NCBI GenBank assembly: GCA_036172245.1
Contig: JAYWIR010000010.1
Span: 186,001 to 250,000 of the forward strand
Origin: Raillietiella orientalis
Lineage: Eukaryota
Direction of reading: 5' to 3'
DNA: 64,000 nt
The notes under the pieces were generated by a model that saw only the letters and a list, made by a program, of their open reading frames with translations, was not told the origin of the DNA and did no database searches. The translations under genes were made by a program, and so were the position numbers. Below, one piece after another: positions 49,326 to 60,605 of the stretch (within the stretch, counting starts at the first letter, position 1; the number at the start of each line of letters is the position of its first letter).

Positions 49326-52300
49326 TTCGGGTGACCGCCGAGAGCCTGCGTCGGATGGGAGGACGAAGGGCGCGCTCTCCAGTGCCCGAAGATTCCCTCG
49401 TGCCTCGCATCCTGGATCGGATCATCCCGTCGCCGTCTGCATGAAGGTCAAGGAGACCAACGGCGGCCTCTCGGTAAGATGGCCACGCCCTTTTCCCACT
49501 TCAGCGACCACCGCTGCTCGCACGTGGCGGGGGGGGGGGGAAGGTGAGCGCACTCAAGGAAAGGCGGCAGTGTGGGCCGATTGAAGCACCCCTGAGATGA
49601 ACTCCCTTCCTGCTGCAGCTTCCGGAGCATCCTGGAAGCACACAGATAACAGCGTTCGCGCCTCCCCACAGCGGGCGTGCCTCCCGCTGAGGAGTAGTGG
49701 CGCCTCTCGCCACGGTGGAGCGTCCAGTGTACCAGCAAGATGGCGGTGGTCTGCTGTTGACGGGGAGGAAGGGCACGGGTCTCTCCACCGTAGGGGAACC
49801 TGGGCGCGGATCTTGACACGTGGTTTCGGATGACAGCCGCGCCGTTTCCCCATCCCTCGATGGTCTGCAGTGACTCCCGCCTTCCGGTAGGTCCTCCTTC
49901 GTCTCTCATTCGCGACGCAGGAGAGGGCTCGCGGAATGGTCGACCTCGACGCGGCCGGGCGAAGGGCCCACGCCCGCAGCAATCGGGCAATCGCAACGGC
50001 GAGAGCGACTGATCCAAAGTCCACCCACTTCTCCACCCGCTGCTGCTCCTTCCCCGCTCTTCCTCCTCCCCCTTCTTCGACCCTCACTGGGGACGGGACC
50101 TTGTCGCCTCGGGCAGGCACAGCACGCCTGACCTCTCCTCGCGCACTTCATTTCATTCATTTATTTCTTTTAAATAAATAAGCGGTTCGTTTTCGGCGGA
50201 AAAAGGGGAGAGGATGCGAAGTGCATGGGGGCCTTCTCTATGGGAACTCGAGGAACAGAAAGATGCCTCGGAACAAAGCTCAACTTCCACTCACGCCTTG
50301 CGATCTAGGAGTGGGACCAGAAAAGGGAGAAGTAGGAAGAAAAGGGAAGGAAGCGGAAGGGAAGAAGCGGAGGTGGAAGAAGAGGGGAGGAGGAGGAGGG
50401 AAGAAGAAGAGAGGGGGAAGGGAAGGGGAGGAAGAGAAAGTCTGCGGACGCTCAGGTCATCTTCAGCCGCTTCCCGAGAGGGAGCAACAGGGGATCAACA
50501 ATGAAATGAGAGAAATCGCTGTGGGAAGACGGGTGGCGGAAGAATCTCCAGGACAGCAGCCGCAAAACTGCGCAGGCGTCACCTGAGGGGGACGGGCGCT
50601 CCGATGTGCTCCTGGGGTCTGCCTCGTCGCCGGCTGGCTCGTGACGTCAGCCGCCGCGCCTTCCCAATGATGGTGGCGCAGCGCCTCTGGGAGATACCGT
50701 CCGGCAGGATAAGGTTAGACGCGAGAGGAGATTCTTGGTAGAAGAGATCCCCTCGCAACACCTCTCTCCTTCCCTTTCGTCTCGTGGTCTCGACTTCCTC
50801 GGGCTTCCTTCTTCGTGGCTTGGAAGACACAGGGAAGAAGTGGGCGCCGATCGTCCTTCGACGCCCCTCGAGGTAGCGTCTCGGAGGCGACAAAGCCGAT
50901 GCGCCAGAAGGCGCCCGATCTCCTCCCGACCCCAGCAGAGGAAGCGCGATCTCGCTTCCAGCCAGTCCGTCCTCGGCTCCGATCGACGGGCGCAGCCACT
51001 GCAGCGCGATGGCGTGCGTGTCCATTCCGCTGCACCCTTCTCCCTTCTTGTCGCCCACTTCCTTCCGGTGACCCGGAAGCCGCAGGTGCCCTGGGTGGAT
51101 GGAGCGAGCTGCCGCCGGCCGAGAACGCGCCGCAAGAGGAGCCGGCGGTCCTGTCAGCAGAGCCCCTGGAGGGTGAACGGTGAAGCACCCCCTCCAGAAA
51201 GCTGCCCGAAAGCCGGCTGGGAACGAGCGGCTCTGACCCACCGCCACCCAGCCTGAGCGGCGGACCCATTTCTGCCTTCCGGTGTCCCGGAGTCGGATGG
51301 TGACCGTTTCTCAGGTTCCAGCGGGAGGGTGGCGTCTGGCACGATCTTGCCTGGACCAGCGGCTCAGATCTCGGCGGTGGGAGCGTGGGGCAGGACCCCA
51401 CGAGAGCAGACTCCAGGTGTGGCTTCCGCCAATCCCGAGACCCTGGCTCGACCTAGCTTCATGTGCTGAAACTTGGGAGAAAAAGCGTGAGACAGGGGGT
51501 CCAGCTGACCCCGGCTCAAGTGGTCTCGCGGAGGGTCTGTTCGCTGACTCCTGGCGCACCTGGTTCTCCACGTAGCGTTTCCCGGGTGACCGGATTCAAG
51601 CGGAGGTGCTTTGGATGAGTAGCATACGCCCCGGCACGTTTCTCGGAACGCTTCCCAAAACGCCTTCCGGAGTCCCCCGAGACCTCGGCAGACCTCCTGG
51701 AAGAGACTCGTAGAGTAGGTTCCGTGGAGAGCCTCTCGGATCGCTCGGGCGCGCAGGGGCTCTGCCCTCTGGCGATCTCTTACCCAAGTCTGCTTGAAGA
51801 TGGGACTCGGTGGTCTGGAGCCCGCGATAACCGAAGCCGCGACCCGTGGTGTGCGATCGGGAGATTCCGAGAATCGATCCCGCCGCGATCCGGGAGGAAA
51901 AGGGCATCCGCGGAGTTTGCCACCGCCTCGGGGGATCGGATGCAGCTCTAAGGGAGGCGCGGGAAGGGTGGAGAACCAGTCTTCCTCCCCTCCTCCCCAT
52001 TTTCCTCTGGAGGATCGCAAGGCATCGTCCCCGAAGATCCAGAGGCTGGAGGGTTGCCTGAGGTCTCGCGGAGCGCCCGTGGAGCAGCGTGCTGGACACG
52101 CCTTCCGGGGTCATCGGCCGAGGTGAGACGCTGGAACGGCAGCGACGGCTGTGTGCGCCCCCCCCCCCTCTTCGCTCCTCCGGCACTCAACCCGGGAGAG
52201 GGCCTCTTCCCGGAAGAGCGCGGATTCCGTTCAGCCTCCGGACATTTTCCCGAGACTGCGCGCAGGACGTGCCAAGCGAGCCAAACCCGTGGGCGGGATG

Positions 52301-53439
52301 GCGATCTCCAGAGCGAACCGTCCTCCCGGGAGCCGGAGGAGGGAAAAAACTCCACGGAGGGCGCAGAATCCATTGAACGCGAGGTGCGAGCGAGTTGGTC
52401 CCCGGCATCGTGGCTGCTCCCATCACCTCCTCCCCCCATTGCACCGCGGGCCCACGAGCGCGAGCCGCTCTCGATCCTCCTTGAGCGGAGACGACGACGC
52501 TCACCCCGGGATCTGGAGGCGATCCCGGGAACGAAAATCCTCACTCAAAGGAAAAAAAAGGAAAAAAATGCGAAAGCACCGGGAACCGGGAACACCCGGC
52601 TGGGAACGCATCCCAGGCGCGCCGTCCCGAATTCAAGGTGATTCCAGCTGAAAGTCTCCCGAGGGGGCTTCCGCTGCCCGCAGACCTTGAGGCCACTTCT
52701 CCGCAAGGCGGACCTCCTCGACCCCTGCTGCCATCTCCCAGGCAACCAGGGGCGGGCGTCGGCAGCATGGGATGCTCTTGGACCAGCAGCGTACATCGGG
52801 GGAAAGGGATTGCTCTTTTCGGTCCGCTGTCTCTCCGCTCCCGCGGAGAGACGCTTTCTGTGCCGCCTACTCCGGGAGGGAGTCCGCTGCGGAGGGGCCG
52901 TCCTGGCAAGGGCACGAGCTCGGGCCCGGAACTTTCGTCAGGCGGCGCGCGCACCGCCATCTGCGGAGTCGAACACCCCCTCGCCCGACGAGGGGCGATA
53001 GGAACCGAACCAGGCGAAGCTTCACTACAGACTGGCTCGAAACAACTCCAGGGCGACCACCCCGGCACGCGGGCCAGAAGGGCAGGCAGCCCTTTCGAAG
53101 TGTAATTTGGATGTGGACAGCTGTGCCCACCCTCCACGTGGGGACCTCGCAGAACCGGAGGCAGAGATCGTCTGGTGGGAAAGGGGGGAGCGTTCCCGCA
53201 GGTCAGAGAAGGGAGAGGTCAAACGAGCGGCTTAGAAAAGGATTGGTCGGGCCCCCCTGAGGAGCGACAGCGGGATGTGGTGGCGTCCCGGAAGTCGGTG
53301 ATCCCTCACCCAGAGGGACTGGATGGAACCTCAGGAAACGCGAGGCCTTCCCAGTGGGCTGGTTCTCCCCGCGGCCGCCGCACGGGCCGGCAGAACGCGG
53401 AGGGGTAGCGCTGGGGGCCCCGAAAGACCCAGCAGTCCG

Positions 53440-54065
53440 CGCCGGTGGCCTCCGCGCGTGTGAGAGGCACCGACGGTCGCGGGTTCGAATCCCTCCCGGG
53501 GGGAAGGAGGTAGGTTGACGCCGATAAATGCGTCGTGGGGGTTTCGAGTCACCCCTCTCCCCATCACACCAGACAGGACGACGTTGGTTGGCCCATCCGG
53601 GTGCGGAGGCACTGGCCTAAGCCCCCGGATGCCCCCGTTGACCGACTGGGATGGGAAGTCCACCCTCCGTGGTCCCTTCCAGGGCATCAAGGAGCCTTTT
53701 GGGGCTCCTTGATGCCCTGGGCTCCGGTCGCGAAAATGCGGCAGTCGTGTTCTGGTTGGTTCCTCCTTCGGGGTAGGAGTCGCCTCTCCAGAGTATCAAG
53801 AAGAGCTCCGCTCCTTCCGGGAGCGCCCTCCAGGAAAACGTGGGAGGCGTCCCTTTGGGGTTCTCTTCGGAAGGAGGGGAGAAACCAAGAGTGGATCCTT
53901 TACGGAGGGTCCCTCCGGAGAGAACAAGGAAGAAGGGCTTTCCCTTCGAGGTTCCCTTTGGGACTCCCTCCCAAGCGTGAGAGGAGAACGGACTCCCTCT
54001 TCCGGAGCCCTTCCCCGATTCATGGGGTGGTCCCCTCCCGGGGTTACCTCATGACTCTCGAAGCG
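53440..54065 (+). mobile_element. tRNA-B-box-headed dispersed repeat (same family as 19680-20680 and 59870-60532)
   Basis: GGTTCGAATCC at about 53482; shared blocks ccggatgcccccg, cccttccagggcatcaaggagcc, tgggaggcgtcc, ggatcctttacggagggtccc and aacaaggaagaaggg. Confidence 0.72.
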
Positions 54066-56276
54066 GATTCCTGGGTGACGCGGACAGCGTCGAGGAGCGG
54101 TGACTCCTCCCCACCATCGCCCTCGCTCTTTCGGCGAGTCTTCTCCCCTCTCTCCTCCCTCCCTTTCCTAGCCACTGCGCCTCCCTTCGTTCGCGGCGGA
54201 TCTGGGTAGCGCTGCTGCAGCAGCAGCAGGGAGAGGCGGCCCGGCCAGCGAACAGGTCCTCCATCCCTCGCGGTGGGGCGGAAGCAGCCGCCCTCCTCTG
54301 CCCTCTTTTGCCAGCCCGAGCCAACGTGCCCTCCTTGCCGGCCGGCGCCCGCGAACGGCTTGTCATCAGCTCTGCTGCCCCCCCACCCTTAACCTGCCTG
54401 AGGGGCCCCTGCGAGCGCCGGCGTTCCCGTCGGAAGCACACAGTACCGGCTTGAGCCTCTGGCGAGAAGACGCCTCTCCCCAAATCTCCGAATGTCCCCC
54501 GCCGCGGACGCCTCGAAATCCGCTCGACTCCGGCAGCTGCCTCCTGGCGTGCCCATTTTCGAGTCCCCTCCTCCTTGCCCCCACGATCCGCTCGCGCTCG
54601 CTCGCAGGCAGCTGGGAGAGCCAACCAGGAAGCTTACCGCTCTCTCCTCTCCCGCCCTTCAGACCCGCCCTTGCTTTGCGCACGGAGCAGGTAGGGATTG
54701 CTCGTGCCTCAGCCGTGACGATGCCTCCCGTGATGGAGCAGGGGCCTCGTGATCAAGGCATGCTGTGATCGCCTCTTCCTCCCCGGAGCTCCGTCCCTCT
54801 CCGGCAGGAAGTCGAAGGGAAACGGCGGGTCGGGGAACACCGCTACCGCCTCCCGGAAGGCCAGGACCGCCTCAGAGGCCACTCGGCCCTCTCGAGAGTG
54901 GCCGCCGCCCCGTTTCTGAGCGGCCGGGCGGGGCGCGCGCGTGTTGCGTCATCGCCACGCTCCCGCGCGCGAAAACCCGGAGGCGACACAGATGGCCGCC
55001 GCATCTGCCGCCATGCGCAGGCGCTTCCACGGCCGCGCGCAGCTTCCGAGAGCGCGCGCGATCGCCTGGCATCTCCCCCCCTCCCCCTCTCTCTGTCTCT
55101 CTCTTTCGCGCGCGCGCTTGCTGGCGCGTTTCGACCCGACGCGCGAAGGTGCCGGCGGCGCGTCCGCTTCCGGAAGCGCGCCGAGGAGGGGGGGGAGCGC
55201 CCCCGCGCGGAGGACCCGCTACGCAAGGACAGTTCATCTCGTGAGGCAATCCAGATGAGGTCCGCGATGCCTTTCCAAAGATGCCTGCGGGGTGCGCGCG
55301 CGCAGGCCACCACTTTCTCGGCGCTCGCGGACGCGGGGACACCTTCGAAGACGCTTTGAGAAAGAGCGCCGTTCCTGCAGGGAAGCAGCAGCAGGTCCGC
55401 GGGGCAGAGGCGGGACCGTCGCTCTGGAAACTCGCCAGAGGAGGCCGCGAACAGGAAAGTCGAAAGTGGCAGGGGTGGAGGGGTGGGGAGGGAGGGAGAC
55501 TTTCACTTCGAGTGCGAGTGGAAGTCCCGAAATCGGAGAAACAGCGCGCGCTCCAGGGCTTTTCTCTCTTCGGGCGACCGTCAGCCGCAGGGTGCGACCA
55601 TCCGAAAGGGTTGACCCTGCGAGCTCCGCTCGACCCCCCCATCCTCGAAGGCGAGGTCAGCCGCCACCGGAGATCTAGAGAGAACCGTTTCGAGATCCAC
55701 GAGCGCGCTCCGCGGCGACCGACAGGGCAGAGAGGCCCAGGGTCTTCCGGCCCGAGCGCATGCCTTCCGCGGTTCCTCGGCGAGGATCAGCTTTCACCCC
55801 TCTGGCATGGAACGAACCCCGAGAGCGAGAGGTGGACCTCGGCCTTCACGCGTTTGCAAGAGCCGAAGCAGAGGGAGAGTCCAACGCGCCTCTGCAAGAG
55901 CCACCTCGCGGCGCCACCTGTCTCCTGACGCAATCCACGGGGACAGTCAGCCGGAAGGGAGAGGGAGGAGGGGGGAGCACGGGGAAGTGCCAGCTTTGCA
56001 GTGAGATGCGTTTCGCGAAACTTTGCCTGAAGGCGAAGAGACACGACCCAGGGAAGATGACGCGATTTTTCGCGGGAGCAGCGCGCGTGCGCTTCACCTG
56101 CCGATGGGGATGTCAAAGATAACCGCTTTGATGAAATTACGAGTTGCGGCGCGCTCTGTGTCATCCTTCTTTTGGGCCGGTGCCAGCGGCACCTCACACC
56201 AGAAAAAAAAAAGGAAACAAAGAAACGGAAAGGTTGGAACCCGATGACTCTGAGACATCGACTTAGAAAATGAATA

Positions 56277-56321
56277 AACCACAGCATGGAGGGGCATTTC
56301 TTGCCCCTCCATGCTGTGGTT
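56277..56321. other. Perfect 20-bp-stem hairpin with 5-nt loop
   Basis: AACCACAGCATGGAGGGGCA-TTTCT-TGCCCCTCCATGCTGTGGTT. Confidence 0.95.
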
Positions 56322-56349
56322 CACCCTGGATAACTACCGGCACACAAGC

Positions 56350-57150
56350 CGGCTCCGAAAAAGTAGGGAACGGAGGGAGGGGACAATAAATAAATAAAAA
56401 AAGAAGGGAGGGTGGGGACAGGGGGGAAGGTCTTTGGCACGAGACGTTCCTTAATTTCAGGAAGTGACTGTGTATGATGACGATCTCCCTGGCGATTTCT
56501 TCTGGACAAGTGAGGTCACTTGCTGCCGTCCTCGCGAGCGCTGCTGCCATCCTGGTGGCTTTTCTTCGCCGCGAACTTGATCCCAACACATGGCGGACTG
56601 TCGCTATGGCACGGATGCAATGTCCTGAGGTCTATGCAGTGCCGAAGAGAGTCTCCACCACAAGTCCTCGAGGACATTGCAGTCCAACAAAAGGTGCGGG
56701 AGCGATTCCATCGTCCCACATCTCAACCAGCTTGGCAGCTCCCCCGGAAACCAGGCTCCTGCGCCTATTGCACTGGAATCCTCCCAGTGTGGAAACAGCA
56801 GAACATCCTGTTTCCAGCGTAGTGGGAACACGGAGGTGTCCACGCAAAGGCAAGGGACCCCACGAGTTCTTCGGAGGGCACACCAAGCAGGTGATCGCCC
56901 TGGGAGGCACAGGGAGACCCCAAGTCCGCCTGAAGGAGTGCGCTCCGCATCACGGTGGGGATCTCGGTCTCCCGACGCCGTGCGCTCCGGAGCGCCTGGA
57001 GCGGCAGGTTCAGTATAGGACGCTTGCCCGGGGGCGAAGTTACGGAACACAAACCGGTGCGAGCCCGCACGATACCTGGCCAGGCGAACCACCGGCTGCG
57101 AGGCACTGTCTTTGTTTCTAGCACGTTGGCTCAGACGCAACGTGTCCAAC
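56350..57150 (-). mobile_element. L1/Tx1-like LINE ORF2 C-terminal (zf-RVT-like) remnant plus pyrimidine-rich 3' UTR
   Basis: FPLRWKQDVLLFPHW...RCGTMESLPHLLLDCNVLEDLWWRL, then a stop and a T-rich tail on the minus strand. Confidence 0.55.
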
Positions 57151-57449
57151 TGCGTACTGGAGCTCTGGAGAGTGGCCAAGGACCAGGACCAACAACTGGA
57201 TCTTCTGCCGTCCCGCGAACGGTAGTGTCTAGTTGCAGGAGATCATTCGCTCGTGGGCCAAGAACAACGAAGTGATCCCGAAAATGCGGCAGCGACTGCT
57301 GCGCTCCTCCTACAACAACCGTTCGCTGCAGGACGTCATCGTGCAGCCCATAACGTGTGCGTAGGCGCAGAGAACCTCCCTAGCCGCGGCACTGCCCTCC
57401 TTCAGGGAGCACCTGGGCAGCAGCCAGCCGGACAAACCGGAGGTCAGTT

Positions 57450-58020
57450 GCGAAATAGGTCTTTGGACTAAGCAGTTAGGTGTTTGGACCACGGGCGAGA
57501 TCACAGACGCTGCAACCCGAAGTACCCCAACGAAAGGACTATTGCGCTGAAGTGAGCTGCTGGGAATCGTACAGGAAGACGTCGAGTAGCTCCCAGCGCT
57601 GAAGCTCATTCGGGTCCTATCCCTGAAGTGGCAGGAGTCGGCACTTCTACTGTTACACTGGGACCTCCCGTGCAACGCCCGGCTGTGTCCATGGATCCGG
57701 GGGTCTGTGGACCCCAACTGTTGCAGATGCGGTAAACAGGAATCCTTCCCGGACCTGCTTGTAGACTGTGCTGCCCTACAGCCCCCTTGGTTGCGTTACA
57801 GCTTGGTTACGCAACGGCCCTTGGGGCATCAAAGGACAATCCCAGGGACGCGGTGAAACGCCTCTTCGATGCCTGGGGGCAAACTCGGATGGAACTTGCC
57901 GGCATCCTGGAAAGGATGCAGAGGACTCCCTTAAGCGGACAGGGATGCCTTTTCTAACCCTCCCAGTTTTCTTTTTTGTTGTCTTTCATTTCTATTTTTT
58001 ATTTTCATTTGTCCCTCCAC
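57450..58020 (+). mobile_element. Second L1/Tx1-like zf-RVT remnant, opposite orientation
   Basis: LSLKWQESALLLLHWDLPCNARL...PNCCRCGKQESFPDLLVDCAALQPPWLR (about 57616-57797, not in the ORF track), followed by a T-rich tail resembling that of the minus copy. Confidence 0.6.
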
Positions 58021-59099
58021 TGCCGAGGCGAACCTCGCCGGCTACTCGACAGGTTCCGAACACGTTCGAACGTTGTAGGGCTGATGGCTCTACACCTATG
58101 TTTATCTTATACTAAATGCCCCGGAGGTACTGGGTGTCAAACCAAGCAGGTCGCTACCACTGAAGGAGTCCCTTCGTCCGGAAACGAGGAGTGGAGCCGT
58201 CCGCCAGCCAGCCCGCTCGTCTTGCAGTCGTCCAGGAGTTTCCTGACTCCCTAAGCGCTGCAGCAGAACTCTCACCCCGCCGCTTGGATGCTGAAGAAAG
58301 AGAAGGCAAAAGCAGCGATTCTTTGCTGACGTTCCCGTCTGCTTCGCGCATTCCAGAGTGGTGGCAATTCGGCTCCACCTTTACATCCTTGCGAGGGATT
58401 CGGAAACCCAGCGACCACGGAGTCTGAGCTGCTTCGAGTGGAAGCAGGGGAGGAAAGCAGCATTCGAAGGATGCTTTTTCTTACGCTCGCGCAGAGAATG
58501 GGCTCCTCCTCCTCCTTTCTTCTTTTCCGCAAGACTAGAAGACAGGAAAGAAACAGAGAGAGAGAGAGGAAGAGGAGGAGGAGGAGGAGAAGATAAACAG
58601 CAGCATTCCGAATTTCCGCTCATGCAGACGATAAACTCTTTGAGAGTTTCTTTGTTTTGCAGTCCTTTGAAGAAATCATTTTTGCCGCTCCTTCCAGATG
58701 GAAATGCTTCTCGGTCGAATCACGGCGTCTCCACGTCGTCTCGGCTTGTCTCGAAGAGGGTCTCCTCTCTTGGAACGTTTTCTTTTTCTTTCCCCCTCCG
58801 AGGTTTTACACGGGCCGAAATGGAGACTTCTGCGTTTCTCTCCCTGTTTCGGGAGCGACCTTCCGCTGACCGCAACCAGCACTACCTGGAGATGGTTTAG
58901 GCCAAGGAACCAGGTTAGGACCAGATGGATAGGACCAGGAAATTCTTGCACCTGAGTCTTCTTGCTCCCCTCTGGAACGCCGATTCTCCTCCGCCGCCGT
59001 CATCCAAGAAGAACCGGAATTCTAAACACCGTCATCGTCGCTTGACGTCACAGCTTCACAGCACGCATGACCTCTGAAACGTGACCGTAGCGCCTTGCT

Positions 59100-59600
59100 C
59101 CGGTCGGGTTGCAGCAGATCTGCTGAGCCACAGGCGCTCCCTCGAATTCAGGCCTGCTCTTTGTACGGTCGACTTGAGTGCGACCTATCCGAGCGGCGCG
59201 TTCCTGCTTTGCCCCGAGATTTTGGGTGCCGGTCGGAATCCGGTTCTTGCTTCGTGCCACCCAGACCATCCGAGCCATCCGTTTGAAGGCCCGCAGTCAC
59301 TTCGTTCCTGGAGGGAGACTGGGCTTTCATTCTTGGCTGCTCTCCCGCAGCCACCAGTCGGTTCCCGAAACATCTTCTCGGGACCAGATGTGCGGGTCCA
59401 CCTTCGCGATCCCAACTCAGAAGCTTCACCTTCACCTGACCCTGCCGGTTGCGTAGTAGGCGTCGGTTGACCAGTCACCATGCTTGCGTCTCGAGCAGTT
59501 TCTCGTGTAGGCACGAGCGTTGCCTGCAGGCAACCTAGTGGAGCCATTCCGCAAGTCGGAAAGGAAGGGGAGGAAGCGTCCGACGCGGTGTGCGGAACCA
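59100..59600 (-). mobile_element. Possible decayed LINE ORF2 post-RT region
   Basis: VKVKLLSWDR...GNRLVAA and GLGGTKQEP...PKSRG loosely resemble L1/Tx1 post-RT motifs; same strand as 56350-57150. Confidence 0.25.
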
Positions 59601-59869
59601 GGCGGGCTTCACGAGAGGATGCTGCGCTTTGCACGTGGGAAGCAGGAATCCGCTAGCTGGCGCCATACGAGCATCATCGTACGGGCGCATCTTTCCTTCC
59701 TCTCCAAGCAGTAGTGGATCCGTTCGTGGAGTGTCGCCCACCCTCAAGCGAATCGCTGCAAGGAAGTGATCCCAGCTTCCGACTTGCAGCTAAGGGACGT
59801 GAGGCCTTGGGCTTCAGGAGGGTGGTAGGCCCTGCTAGCTCTTCCAGAGTTCAGACGTCTTCGTTCCTC

Positions 59870-60532
59870 GACGCCGGAGTGGCGCCAGGCGACGCGGGTT
59901 CTAGTCCCGCCCGGGGAGAGAAGGATCGACTCCGAGAAATGGGGGTGCGTCGTGGGTTTCCAGTTCTTCCCCTCAGGATGAAGCTGGTTGGCTTCTGGTG
60001 GCTTCGGGTGCACCACTGGTGGAAGCCGGATGCCCCCGTCGACTGTCCAGGATTGGAAGTGGATCCTCCGGAGTCCCTTCCAGGACATCAAGGAGCCGTT
60101 CCCCTCCGGTTGTGCAAAGGGAGCCTTTCCTCCTTCCTCGAGGATGACCCTCAATCGCGTACCATGGAGCTGGTGGATCGGGGAGAGGAGGGTACCTCTC
60201 CCCCGATCCACCAGCAGAATGGCAAGAAGTGCACTGTTCCCCACGGAGAAATGTGGGAGGCGTCCCCGCCGTTTCTCTTCAGGAGAGGAAACAGGGTGCG
60301 GATCCTTTCCGAGGGTCCTTCCGAAGAATCAGCGAATGGCCCGCTCCGGGGTACCCCACCTGGAGATAGCAAGGAAGAGGGTTCCTTCGGGGTTCACTTC
60401 AGAGACAACCAAGGTGGTTCCCTCCGGGGTCTCCTCCCAAGCGTTTGAGGAGAGGACTTCTTCCTCCAGAGTCTTCTTTGGATCCGTAGGGCAGCTCCCT
60501 ACCGGGGAAGCCCTTCCCCCCAAATTGAAGAG
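59870..60532 (+). mobile_element. tRNA-B-box-headed dispersed repeat immediately upstream of the U2 5' fragment
   Basis: gggttctagtccc B-box-like head and the same internal blocks as the other copies; ends ...CCCCAAATTGAAGAG. Confidence 0.7.
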
Positions 60533-60568
60533 CAGATGGGGATATGTTGGGAATGGGCCGCTTATCCC

Positions 60569-60605
60569 ATTGCTTCTTGGCCTTTTCGCTAAGATCAAAG
60601 TGTAG
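60569..60605 (+). pseudogene. U2: U2 snRNA 5' fragment (nt 1-37), interrupted by Utopia
   Basis: ATTGCTTCTTGGCCTTTTCGCTAAGATCAAAGTGTAG versus U2 ATCGCTTCTCGGCCTTTTGGCTAAGATCAAAGTGTAG: 3 differences, two of them CpG>TpG. It stops inside the GUAGUA branch-point recognition sequence. Confidence 0.9.

Noticed and set aside
52860..53130. Possible RT remnant on the minus strand (LRKGCLP, FEP, DSADG)
   Set aside because: Motif resemblance needs several frameshifts and substitutions; it cannot be supported without a profile search.
53440..53510. Functional tRNA gene at the B-box motifs (also about 20610, 24024 and 59897)
   Set aside because: No intact cloverleaf or oligo-T terminator; these are heads of dispersed repeats.
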